Assembly: GCA_963798915.1 (NCBI GenBank)
Contig: CAWCVB010000006.1
Span: 288,001-352,000 of the forward strand
DNA length: 64,000 bases
DNA from: an uncultured Gemmatimonadales bacterium
GTDB taxonomy: Bacteria; Gemmatimonadota; Gemmatimonadetes; Gemmatimonadales; GWC2-71-9
Direction: 5' to 3'
Below are positions 19,314 to 28,721 of the stretch, piece by piece (position 1 is the stretch's first letter; every line of letters starts with the position of its first letter). Under the pieces are notes generated by a model. It did not search any database. It had not been told where the DNA came from and worked only from the letters and a program-made list of their open reading frames with translations. A program made the position numbers and the translations under genes.

Positions 19314-20310
19314 CTCTATTGAAGAACCGAAGATACCGAAGCGGCGCATCCTGAGCAACAAGTTCTGTGTCAGCTGCGAGCCTCAGGGCCGGCATCAGGT
19401 CCGCGGGCCAATCCGCCTGTAGTACGAGCGGTTTACCGCTGGCCGGATGGCGAAATGCCAGAGCGGCCGCATGCAGCGCCTGACGTGGCGTGGCCCGTTC
19501 GATCCGTTCTGCGAGCGGCCGCGCCGCCCCGCTGATCCTCCGGCTCCCCCCTGCCCCGTAGGTGGCATCGCCGACGACCGGATGCCCAATGTGTTCCAGA
19601 TGCACACGAATCTGGTGAGTCCGGCCCGTCTCGAGGTCGATCCGGAGCAGTTCGCAGACCTCGAAGCGACCGATCACCTGAATTTCCGATGCTGCTGCGC
19701 GGCCGTGGGGCGAGACCGCCATTCGCTTCCGGTCAGCCAGTGCCCGGGCGATCGGCTGCTCGATGCGCACGGGCGACTGGGGCAGGTGGCCCCACGCGAG
19801 CGCAGCGTAGGTGCGATGCACCTGTCGCGCAGCAATGGCGCGACTGAGTCGGCGGTGTGACTCGTCAGTTTTTGCGACGATCATGAGCCCGGATGTATCG
19901 CGGTCGAGCCGATGGACGATGCCCGGCCGTCCGGCCGCGCCGCCCGCCAGGGTCAGGCCTCGGGCCACCAGAGCGTTGACCAGCGTGTCATCCCAATGCC
20001 CTGGGGCCGGATGCACCACGAGGCCGGCGGGCTTATTGACCACCGCGAGTGCCTCATCCTCGTATACGATATCGAGTGGAATGTCGGCCGGCGTGAGCCG
20101 GCGCGGCGGCTCAGCATCAGGAAGATCGAGTTCGACGAGATCGCGCCGCTCGAGCACGCGCGACGCGCGCACGGTGGCTCCGTTGACCCGAACCCGCTGC
20201 CCGGCGAGCAGCCGGGCGACCTGGGTTCGGGAAAGCTGCAGCTGGTCGGCCAGGAAGCGGTCGATGCGCTCCGTCACCTCGACCAGAACGCAGAGACCGA
20301 TGGCCGGCAC
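19306..20310 (-). CDS. rluD: RluA/RluD family 23S rRNA pseudouridine synthase
   Basis: S4 domain (ERIDRFLA), NKPAGLVVHP, HRLDRDTSG, TGRTHQIRVH; start approximate. Confidence 0.95.
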   Translation of the reverse strand: MPAIGLCVLVEVTERIDRFLADQLQLSRTQVARLLAGQRVRVNGATVRASRVLERRDLVELDLPDAEPPRRLTPADIPLDIVYEDEALAVVNKPAGLVVHPAPGHWDDTLVNALVARGLTLAGGAAGRPGIVHRLDRDTSGLMIVAKTDESHRRLSRAIAARQVHRTYAALAWGHLPQSPVRIEQPIARALADRKRMAVSPHGRAAASEIQVIGRFEVCELLRIDLETGRTHQIRVHLEHIGHPVVGDATYGAGGSRRISGAARPLAERIERATPRQALHAAALAFRHPASGKPLVLQADWPADLMPALRLAADTELVAQDAPLRYLRFFNRDA

Positions 20311-20320
20311 AGGTGACGGT

Positions 20321-20839
20321 TCAGGAGGTCGGCGGAGCGGGCGCGGGAGCCGACGCGGCGCGACGCGCGTCCTCACGCCAGAGCGAAAGCGCCAGCGCGA
20401 TTGCGCCGCACGTCACACCAGAGTCCGCCACATTGAACGTGGGCCATCGGTGCATCCCGATGCCGACATCCAGGAAGTCGGTCACCCCGTGCGCAGTGCG
20501 GATCCGGTCCACCAGGTTGCCCGCCGCACCGCCAGCCACCAGTCCCAGCGCCAGTTGCCGCACCCAGTCCCCGGGCGGCGTGTTGCGGGAGAACCGGAAC
20601 AGGAGCACCACGGCCAGAATGGCAATGGCCATGAAGATCCACCGGGAGTAGGCGCCGAGGTGCAGCCCGAAGGCGGCCCCCTGGTTGAAGACCAGGTGCA
20701 GGCGCACCCAGTCCCCGAGAAGGGAGACCGTGCGACCGTCCCCCAGGAACGACTCGGCCAGATACTTCGTGACAGCGTCGAGCGCCAGAACCAGCGCCGC
20801 CGCGGCCGCGAAGACCTGCCGGTCACTTCCGTTTCGCAT
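20321..20839 (-). CDS. lspA: Lipoprotein signal peptidase II
   Basis: NQGAAFG, GGAAGNLVDRI, VTDFL, FNVADS. Confidence 0.96.
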   Translation of the reverse strand: MRNGSDRQVFAAAAALVLALDAVTKYLAESFLGDGRTVSLLGDWVRLHLVFNQGAAFGLHLGAYSRWIFMAIAILAVVLLFRFSRNTPPGDWVRQLALGLVAGGAAGNLVDRIRTAHGVTDFLDVGIGMHRWPTFNVADSGVTCGAIALALSLWREDARRAASAPAPAPPTS

Positions 20840-21206
20840 CCTCTTCCTTCTCCTTGCACGAGATGCAGAGCCGCGCGTGGGGCAGCGCGTCAAGCCGCTC
20901 GAAATTGATTTCCTGTCCGCAGGTGTGGCAGCGCCCAAACTTCTCGGGACTGGAGTACATGCGGCGGAGCGCCTCATTCACGTGCCAGAGGTAGCGCCCT
21001 TCCTGGGAGGCGAAAAGAAATTGCTTCTCGCGCTCCATGGCATCGGTGCCCTGGTCGGCCATGTGAAACGAATAGGAGGACAGGTCGCCGTCACCGCCCT
21101 GCAGCGAGGCGTTGAATGACTCGTCGTAGTAGCCCAGTTCCTTCATGACCCGGGCGCGCTCCTCGAGGAGTCGCTTCTCGAGGTGTGCCAGCTGCTTCTT
21201 GTTCAT
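20823..21206 (-). CDS. TraR/DksA C4 zinc-finger protein
   Basis: HMADQGTD coiled-coil tip; CHTC...ERLDALPHARLCISC. Confidence 0.93.
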   Translation of the reverse strand: MNKKQLAHLEKRLLEERARVMKELGYYDESFNASLQGGDGDLSSYSFHMADQGTDAMEREKQFLFASQEGRYLWHVNEALRRMYSSPEKFGRCHTCGQEINFERLDALPHARLCISCKEKEEDAKRK

Positions 21207-24200
21207 GCTGCATCCACTGGTTGAGGGTCTGAGCGATCATCCGGCTGCTCATGCCGCGTGAGTCCTACCAGGAGCGTCGCACCGTCGAGCTCCACGCGTT
21301 GCTCCCACTCGGGCTTCGGCGCGCGAGCCCCGAAGTCCAGCCGCCGCGCCAGCGTTTCCTCGCCGATGGTGCCGGCGTGCGGGCGCAGCGCATCCAGGAC
21401 GGCGGGGTCGCCGTCCACGTACAGCGCGATCCGTGACGTGTACTCCAGGCCGGCATCCTTGCGAAGACGCTGGACCCGGTTCACCATCTCACGTGCGAGC
21501 CCTTCGGCCCGGAGCTCGGCATCCAGCGCCGGATCAAGGGCCGCCACGTAGGGCCCGGCACTCCGTACCAGCCAGTCACTCGCCACTGCACGCTCCACGG
21601 TGACGTCCTCGGGCTGCAGCATCAGCCGCTCGCCGTCGGTCGCCACTTCGACCGTCCCGCCCGCTTCCAGGGTTCGCAAGTCGTCAGCCGACAGCGCCGC
21701 GGCGACCCGCGCCACCTCCGGCGTGCGCTTGCCGAACCGCTTGCCCAGCGATCGGAAGTTGGGTCGAGCCCGGAGTTCCACGAGTTCCGCATCGGATTCG
21801 GCCACGGTGACCGACTTGACGTTCACCTCCGACGCGAGGAGACCAAGCAAGGCGTCGAAATCCGGACCGCGCACCTGGGCCGGAACGGCGACCTGCAGTC
21901 GGGCGAGAGGCTGCCGCACCCGGAGGCCGGCGTCCTCACGGCCCGAGCGAGCCAGCGTGGCCAGGCGACGGACGGCATCCATGGCTCGCTCCAGCGGTTC
22001 GTCGCGATCTCCGGCCTCGGGAAATGCCGCGAGATGTACCGAGGTGTCCGTGAGCGACCGGTGCATCCAATCGGGGGCAAACGGGGCGACCGGCGCCAGC
22101 AACCGGGCGACCGTCACCAGCGCCTCGTGCAGAGCCCAGACGGCTGCCGGATCGGCCGCGCGGTCGGGCGCCCAGAAGCGGGCGCGGTTGGTGCGCACGT
22201 ACCAGTTGCTCAGATCGTCAACGACGAAATCCATCACCGCGCGTGTGCCCGTGGTGACATCGTAAGCGCTCCACGCCGCCGTTACACTCGCCACCGTTGC
22301 CGCCAGCCGGCTGCGCAACCAGCGATCGGCCCGAGTCGGCTCGCCCGGCTCGGCCGGCAGTGCCTCGCCGGCGTACCGCCGGAAGAACTCATAGGTGTTG
22401 CGCAGGGTATTCTGAAAGCCGCCGACCAGTTCGGGAATGCCCCGGGCGTCGAACCGCTTGGGCAGCCACACTTGGCTGGCGGCCAGCAGATAGAGCCGAA
22501 CGGCGTCGGCGCCGTAGGCGTCGATGACTGCCCACGGCTCGACAATATTGCCCCGGGTCTTGGACATCTTCTGCCCATCCGGGTCCAGCACAAGTTCGTT
22601 GACGATCACATGGCGATAGGCCGGCGCATCGAAGGCGGCAGTGGCAATGGCAAGCAGCGAATAGAACCAGCCACGGGTCTGATCCACGCCTTCGCAGATG
22701 AAGTCGGCCGGAAAGTGACGCTCAAATTCGGCCTGGTGCTCGAATGGGTAATGCCACTGGGCATAGGGCATCGATCCGGAGTCGAACCAGGTATCCACGA
22801 CTTCGGGCGTCCGGCGCATGGTACCGCCGCAGGCACATGGCCACGTGTAGTCATCCACCGCGGGCTTGTGCGGATCGAAGTCCTCCGGCAACACCGAGCC
22901 GTGCCGCTCCGCGAGTGAGGCAAAGGAGCCGATCACCTCGACATGCGCATCATCCAGGTCGCAGACCCAGACCGGCAACGGCGTGCCCCAGTAGCGGTCA
23001 CGGGACAGGGCCCAGTCCACGTTGTTCTCGAGCCACTCGCCGAAGCGGCCGGCGCCCAATTCGGGCGGATGCCAATCAACCTGACGGTTGAATTCCAGCA
23101 TCCGCGCCTTGACGGTCGAAGTTCGCACGAACCAGCTGTCCCTCGCGTAGTAAATCAGCGGACTGCGGCAACGCCAGCAATGGGGATAGCTATGCTGGTA
23201 CGGCACGCTCAGGTGCCAGCGACCCGCCTGCTTGAGCCGCTGGACAATGAGCTCGTTGGTCTCACGGGCCGTGACAAGCCGCCCCTCGATCTCGGGCCAC
23301 CGCGTGCCTTCGAAGGTGCCGTCGGCCGCCACCGGCCGCACCAGCGCCAGGCCGTGCTCCCGGCCGGCCGCGTGATCATCCGCCCCGAACGCCGGCGCCA
23401 TATGCACCAGCCCGGACCCATCGTCGCCACTCACGAAGTCGGCCGGCACGACCACACACGATTCGCGGTCGTCTGGCAGCGCCACCTCGTCGATCGGCCT
23501 GGCGTAGCGAAGTCCCACCAGTTTCCGGCCCGGAAAGGTCCGCTCGGGTCCCAGATCCTGGAACGCCGGCGCCCCCTTGGCGGCACTGCTGGGCAGGGCA
23601 TCGCGCGCCACCGCAAGGATCAGCACGCGATCACCCACCCGATACTCGCCATACTCCAGCGCCGGGTTCACTGCCACGGCAACATTGGACAGCAATGTCC
23701 ACGGAGTCGTGGTCCAGACCAGCAACTCACGGCCAGTCCCATCCGCCAGCGGGAAGGTGACGTAGATGGAGTTGGTCGTGACGTCCTCGTACCCCTGCGC
23801 GAGCTCGTGACTCGAGAGCACCGTCCCGCAGCGCGGGCAATACGGCAGGACGCGATGACCCCGATACAGGAGCTTGCGCTGGTGCAGCCGGTGGAGGAGC
23901 CACCAGACCGTCTCCACGTAGTCACGCGAATACGTAACGTAGGGATGCTCGTAGTCGAGCCAGTAGCCGATCCGGTCGCTCAGCGACTCCCAGTCCTCCT
24001 TGTAGCGGAAGACGGAAGCTCGGGCACGCTGATTGAATTGGGCGACCCCATACGATTCAATGTCCTTCTTGCCCGACAGCTGCAGTTCCTTCTCAACCTC
24101 GATCTCCACCGGCAGACCGTGCGTGTCCCAACCCGCGATGCGCGTAACCGAGCGCCCCTGCATGGTCTGGAACCGGCAGATCAGGTCCTTGATGCTGCGC

Positions 24201-24382
24201 GAGAAGACGTGGTGAATGCCAGGACGACCATTGGCAGTCGGTGGACCTTCGAAGAAGACAAATGGTTCACCAGCTCGCGTGGCCTCGAGCGTCTTTCGGA
24301 ACAGGCCTTCGGCCCGCCAGCGTTCGAGCAGGTCCTGCTCGAGCTGGGTGGCTGGTCCTTCAGGCCAGGGCCGAAATGCCAT
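21203..24382 (-). CDS. ileS: Isoleucine--tRNA ligase, type 2
   Basis: EGPPTANGRPGIHH, GWDTHGLPVE, WTTTPWTL, DWALSRDRYWG, KMSKT; type 2 C-terminus (EGLAREMVNRVQRLRK). Confidence 0.97.
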   Translation of the reverse strand: MAFRPWPEGPATQLEQDLLERWRAEGLFRKTLEATRAGEPFVFFEGPPTANGRPGIHHVFSRSIKDLICRFQTMQGRSVTRIAGWDTHGLPVEIEVEKELQLSGKKDIESYGVAQFNQRARASVFRYKEDWESLSDRIGYWLDYEHPYVTYSRDYVETVWWLLHRLHQRKLLYRGHRVLPYCPRCGTVLSSHELAQGYEDVTTNSIYVTFPLADGTGRELLVWTTTPWTLLSNVAVAVNPALEYGEYRVGDRVLILAVARDALPSSAAKGAPAFQDLGPERTFPGRKLVGLRYARPIDEVALPDDRESCVVVPADFVSGDDGSGLVHMAPAFGADDHAAGREHGLALVRPVAADGTFEGTRWPEIEGRLVTARETNELIVQRLKQAGRWHLSVPYQHSYPHCWRCRSPLIYYARDSWFVRTSTVKARMLEFNRQVDWHPPELGAGRFGEWLENNVDWALSRDRYWGTPLPVWVCDLDDAHVEVIGSFASLAERHGSVLPEDFDPHKPAVDDYTWPCACGGTMRRTPEVVDTWFDSGSMPYAQWHYPFEHQAEFERHFPADFICEGVDQTRGWFYSLLAIATAAFDAPAYRHVIVNELVLDPDGQKMSKTRGNIVEPWAVIDAYGADAVRLYLLAASQVWLPKRFDARGIPELVGGFQNTLRNTYEFFRRYAGEALPAEPGEPTRADRWLRSRLAATVASVTAAWSAYDVTTGTRAVMDFVVDDLSNWYVRTNRARFWAPDRAADPAAVWALHEALVTVARLLAPVAPFAPDWMHRSLTDTSVHLAAFPEAGDRDEPLERAMDAVRRLATLARSGREDAGLRVRQPLARLQVAVPAQVRGPDFDALLGLLASEVNVKSVTVAESDAELVELRARPNFRSLGKRFGKRTPEVARVAAALSADDLRTLEAGGTVEVATDGERLMLQPEDVTVERAVASDWLVRSAGPYVAALDPALDAELRAEGLAREMVNRVQRLRKDAGLEYTSRIALYVDGDPAVLDALRPHAGTIGEETLARRLDFGARAPKPEWEQRVELDGATLLVGLTRHEQPDDRSDPQPVDAA

Positions 24383-24428
24383 CGTCGCACCAACTCCGGT
24401 CTTGCGGTTCGAACAGCGCCCGGCGGCC

Positions 24429-25109
24429 TTACGGGCGAGCGCCGAAGAGCACGGTGCCGAGACGCAGCATGGTCGCGCCCTCGGCCACGGCCGCCGGATA
24501 ATCGCCTGACATGCCCATCGACAGTTCCGGCAGGTAGTGCCCCGCCGCCCGAGCGCGGTCGCGCAGCGCGCGCAACCGGGCAAAGGTCTGTCGCTGGACG
24601 GCCTCGCCGGCATCGGCAGCTGCCATGGTCATCAAGCCACGCATCTCGATTCCCGGGAGGCCTCGCGCCTGATCCAGCAGCGTCTCCAGTGCGTCAGGCG
24701 CAACGCCGCCCTTCTGCGGCTCGTCCGAGCAATTCACCTGGATCAGCACCGCCTGCGGCGACGAACCCGCGCGCTGGCTGATCTGCGCCGCCAGCTCGAT
24801 ACGGTCCACCGAGTGAATCAGGGCGAACGCCCCGGTGGCGCTTCGGACCTTGTTCCGCTGGAGGGTGCCGACCAGGTGCCACTCGACTGCGAGGCCCGCG
24901 AGCACTTCCTGCTTGGCGAGCGCCTCCTGCACGCGGTTTTCCCCCACCGCATCGAGCCCTTCGCGCACCGCGGCGGCGACCGCCTCGGGTCCGAAGGTCT
25001 TGGTGATCGCGACGATGCGCACCGGATGGGACCACCCGCCCTGCCCCTGCCGGACGGCAATCTCCTCCCGCACCAGCCGGAGGCGCTCGCCGAGAGGCTC
25101 GAAATACAT
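24429..25109 (-). CDS. yggS: PLP homeostasis protein YggS/PLPBP
   Basis: VAITKT, GENRVQE, WHLVGTLQRNK, LSMGMSGDY, RLGTVLFG. Confidence 0.96.
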   Translation of the reverse strand: MYFEPLGERLRLVREEIAVRQGQGGWSHPVRIVAITKTFGPEAVAAAVREGLDAVGENRVQEALAKQEVLAGLAVEWHLVGTLQRNKVRSATGAFALIHSVDRIELAAQISQRAGSSPQAVLIQVNCSDEPQKGGVAPDALETLLDQARGLPGIEMRGLMTMAAADAGEAVQRQTFARLRALRDRARAAGHYLPELSMGMSGDYPAAVAEGATMLRLGTVLFGARP

Positions 25110-25155
25110 AGCCTTCAAATTTAGCGGAACTGAGGTCTGGAGAGAAGGTTGCGCG

Positions 25156-27543
25156 TCAGGGCGAGGTGGAGTCGCGAGCGTCCGGAGCGCCCTCGAAACG
25201 CCGAGCACGCAGCTCGTCATACGCCGCCTGCACGGCCGGATCATTCGCGAGCTGGACGGCCCGTTGCAGGTTGGCCAGTGCCCGCTCAACATCGCCTCGC
25301 TCTGCATAGGCGAAGCCCAGCGCCGTGAGCGGATAGGAGAGCGCTCGCGCCTGCACCTGGACGGATGGATCCAGCTCAGTCGGTTCGCCCTCGAGCAGGC
25401 GGGCATAGCGATAGGTATGCCAGGCGAGCGAGTCCGTCATTGCCAGATCCACCGGCCATTGCCCCAGCACGCCGGTCAGGATACCTGGCGCGCTGGTATC
25501 CGGCGGGACCGGAAGGATGCGGTAGCCGAGCCCGCGCTGCAGCACGCGGTCGCCCAACCCGCCGAACGAGCGCCCCGCCGTGATGGACCAGACAATCGGA
25601 CGGCGTCCCAGGTTCTGCTGCAGCATGCGAATGACAAGCACGTCGTTGGGATAGAAGATCGTGCCCGGCGGATACACATGGGTGAAGCTCCCGAAATTGA
25701 CCGACAGCGCTTCGGACAACTGGACCGGCGCACCGGCTTGCTCGATTTGCGCGTCCGTCATCGTGTGCAACGGCCAGGTGGGGCGCACGGCAGGCGTATC
25801 ACGCCAGATGAGCGGCAATGCTTGCCGGTTGAGATTGCGGATCGGATTGTCGCGAAGTTGCCGCATGTACCAATTGGTCTGGCTGAGCGCCAGGCAGACC
25901 ACGGTGACATCCTGGCGAATTCCCTCCACTTCCTGCGCCCACCAGAGCGGGAACGTATCGTTGTCGCCGTAGGTCACCAGGATCCCGTATGGCGGCGCCG
26001 TGTTGAGCAGGTCATAGGCAAAGTCCGCGGCCAGCCGGGCGTCCGGGCCATGCCGGCGCGAAGCTGATGTCCAGTTGAGCGCCAGCGGGACCAGGGCGAT
26101 GGCAAGCACCGCGCCGCCGGCCGTGCGCGACCAGCCGGCGCCTCGTTCCCAGACCTGTCGCGCGAGGACCGTGAGGCCGACGCCGGCCCAGAGGGCCCAG
26201 ACCACGAAACTCACCACGAAGAAATAGTCGCGCTCCCGCACCTCATGATTCTCGGAGCCAGGAAATGCTCCGTAGCCCAGGCTGAAGCCAGGCTTGAAAT
26301 TCATGTATGCCACGAGGCCGAGGCCGGTCACGAGGAAGAGGGTGAACAGGAGCCACCAGGCTGGACGGTTGGCCCGTCGCTGGTGCACCCAACCCGTCCA
26401 CCCGAACCAGAGAAATGCGATCGTCACGAACGAGCGTAGCGGGATGCTGAGCAGACGCGCCCCAAGGCTTCGGGCAAACTGCCAATCGAAATACTGCACA
26501 TAGTTGAGGAGCTGCAGGCCGACGATCTGCAGTGACCGACCCGGATTGTCGGGACCGTGGAACACCGTGGGATCGTCGAACGGGGTTCGCACCGGATACT
26601 GCGCGCGGCGAATGACCGCGAGCAGCGCGTTCCAGGTCTCCGGCGCGGCCTCGTTCAGCATGGGGTGCTGGGCCGATCGGATGTAGAGATAGAGATAGGG
26701 CGTGACGCCAATGGCGGCGACGAACAGCGCCACCAGGCCGAAGGACAGCGCACCGGCGCCGGCCGCAAACGCGAGCGCCGCCACGAAGCAGATGAGCCCA
26801 AGAACGGTGAGGGTGACGTTGCCCAGCCCGGACCCCACCAGCAGCGCCCAGATGCCGGTGACGATGGCCAGTTCAGCCCACTCACGCTTCTGTTGCTGGG
26901 GATCGGCCGCAGGCTCGGCCCGCAAGGTCGCCCACATGAACACCATGACCGCCGGACCGGCCAGCAGCGCGAGGAGGTGATTGCTGATCGAGACGCCGCC
27001 AAGGTAGACGATCAGCAGCAGAACGCGCCGCGCGGTACCGGTCCCTCGCCGATGCCGCCAGACGTGGCAGAGCCATGCGATGGCCCCAATCGTCATCGTG
27101 GCCACGGCATAGACTTCGGTTTCGTTGGAGTTCTGCCAGTTGGTGAACGTGAACGCGCCAGCACACGCTGCTGCCGCAGCCCCCGCCAGCGCCAGCATGC
27201 GGCGTTCGCCCGCCGGCATCCCGTGCAGAACGCCCCGCAGCGACTCGTGGACAACCAGGAAAAAGAACCCCGCTCCGGCCGCACTGAGCAGTGCACTCAA
27301 CATGTTGGTCCGGAAGGCAAACTCACCGATCGGCACCAGCAGACCCCAGACATGGGCGATCAGCACGAACAGGGGAGTGCCCGGCGGGTGCGGGATGCCG
27401 AGAATCCTCGCGGCCGCGATGAACTCGCCCGCGTCCCAGAAGGTCACGGTCGGCGCCAGCGTCAACAGGTACACGGCGAATATGGCGGCAGTAACCGCAA
27501 TGGCGGCGCGGTACGGCGGAGGGCTCTCGTCCGGTGTTGTCAT
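25156..27543 (-). CDS. DUF2723 multi-TM protein (TMEM260-like putative glycosyltransferase)
   Basis: TLAPTVTFWDAGEFIAAA..LGIPHPPGTPLF, ETEVYA, EVRERDYFF, TYGDNDTFPLW. Confidence 0.9.
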   Translation of the reverse strand: MTTPDESPPPYRAAIAVTAAIFAVYLLTLAPTVTFWDAGEFIAAARILGIPHPPGTPLFVLIAHVWGLLVPIGEFAFRTNMLSALLSAAGAGFFFLVVHESLRGVLHGMPAGERRMLALAGAAAAACAGAFTFTNWQNSNETEVYAVATMTIGAIAWLCHVWRHRRGTGTARRVLLLIVYLGGVSISNHLLALLAGPAVMVFMWATLRAEPAADPQQQKREWAELAIVTGIWALLVGSGLGNVTLTVLGLICFVAALAFAAGAGALSFGLVALFVAAIGVTPYLYLYIRSAQHPMLNEAAPETWNALLAVIRRAQYPVRTPFDDPTVFHGPDNPGRSLQIVGLQLLNYVQYFDWQFARSLGARLLSIPLRSFVTIAFLWFGWTGWVHQRRANRPAWWLLFTLFLVTGLGLVAYMNFKPGFSLGYGAFPGSENHEVRERDYFFVVSFVVWALWAGVGLTVLARQVWERGAGWSRTAGGAVLAIALVPLALNWTSASRRHGPDARLAADFAYDLLNTAPPYGILVTYGDNDTFPLWWAQEVEGIRQDVTVVCLALSQTNWYMRQLRDNPIRNLNRQALPLIWRDTPAVRPTWPLHTMTDAQIEQAGAPVQLSEALSVNFGSFTHVYPPGTIFYPNDVLVIRMLQQNLGRRPIVWSITAGRSFGGLGDRVLQRGLGYRILPVPPDTSAPGILTGVLGQWPVDLAMTDSLAWHTYRYARLLEGEPTELDPSVQVQARALSYPLTALGFAYAERGDVERALANLQRAVQLANDPAVQAAYDELRARRFEGAPDARDSTSP

Positions 27544-28721
27544 CCGTTGAAGTCCTGACCCCCGAAGTCCCGGGCAAACCGCAGGGCGTGGCAGGTAGTG
27601 GCGACGTCATGCACCCGGAAGAGCCGCGCGCCGCGCTCGTAGCAGAGCGCGCAGCAGACGGCGGTCACCGCATCCCGCAGGACGAGCGGAGCGTCCGGCG
27701 CCACCCCGAGAAATCGCTTTCGTGACGGACCGACCAGCACGGGATAGCCTGGCGCTACGAGGGTCCTCAGCTGATCGGCGATCAAGATATTCTGCTCCGG
27801 CCGCTTGGAGAAGCCAAGACCTGGATCGAGCACCAGTCGATCGAAGCTCACACCCGCCTCCAGCGCCGACGCCGCGGACGCGAGCAACTCGCGGCGTACC
27901 TCGCCGATCAGGTCCCCGTACGACGCATGTACGTAGGAAGCGAGCTCGAGCGGAGTGCCGCGCGAGTGCATCAGCACCAGCCCGGCGCCAGCGTCGGCCA
28001 CGATCCTGGCCAGGGCGGGCTCGTGTCGGAGCGCGGTAACATCATTGATTGCGTGCGCCCCTTCGGCGAGCACGGCGTACGCCACATCAGCCTTCATCGT
28101 ATCCACCGAGATCGTCACGTCGGGAAGGCGCCGGACGATGCCGCGGAGGATCGGCAGGAGGCGCGCGAGTTCTTCAGCCGCCCCTACCGTCGTCTCCCGA
28201 CCTGGACGGGTGCTCTCGCCACCAAGGTCCAGCACCTCGGCGCCCTCGCTCACAAGGCGCTCGGCATGCGCCAGGGCCGCCGCCGGCGTCCGGTGCAGGC
28301 CGCCATCCGAGAAACTGTCGGGCGTGACGTTCAGGATGCCGACCACGACGGGCGCATCCAGGGAAACGGTGTGCCCGCGAACCCGCCATACGCGGGCTGG
28401 CGCGGCCGGGAGTGCCGCCGCCACTGCGGTCGCCAGGTCCGCCAGCTGCGGCGGTACCGTCCAGGGACGTGCGAGGGCGCCGAGTCGCGATGTGCCCCCG
28501 GCCACGACGACCCAGTCCGATCCTGTGACCACTTCCAGGCCCATCGGTCCCGCGAACGGCACGAGGGCCTCGATCGCCTGAGCGTCGAGACCCTCGATAT
28601 GTACTGCCACCGGCGACAGACCGGCGGCGGCGTCCGCCGCCAGGGCCGGGTCCCATCCGTGTCGTACAAGGACGTCCCGCACCGCGCGGCCGGACCGCGC
28701 GTCGAGCGGGGTGGCGATCAC
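27540..28721 (-). CDS. folP: Dihydropteroate synthase with N-terminal extension
   Basis: GILNVTPDSFSDGG, GGESTRPG, DPGLGF, SRKRF, RVHDV. Confidence 0.96.
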   Translation of the reverse strand: MIATPLDARSGRAVRDVLVRHGWDPALAADAAAGLSPVAVHIEGLDAQAIEALVPFAGPMGLEVVTGSDWVVVAGGTSRLGALARPWTVPPQLADLATAVAAALPAAPARVWRVRGHTVSLDAPVVVGILNVTPDSFSDGGLHRTPAAALAHAERLVSEGAEVLDLGGESTRPGRETTVGAAEELARLLPILRGIVRRLPDVTISVDTMKADVAYAVLAEGAHAINDVTALRHEPALARIVADAGAGLVLMHSRGTPLELASYVHASYGDLIGEVRRELLASAASALEAGVSFDRLVLDPGLGFSKRPEQNILIADQLRTLVAPGYPVLVGPSRKRFLGVAPDAPLVLRDAVTAVCCALCYERGARLFRVHDVATTCHALRFARDFGGQDFNG

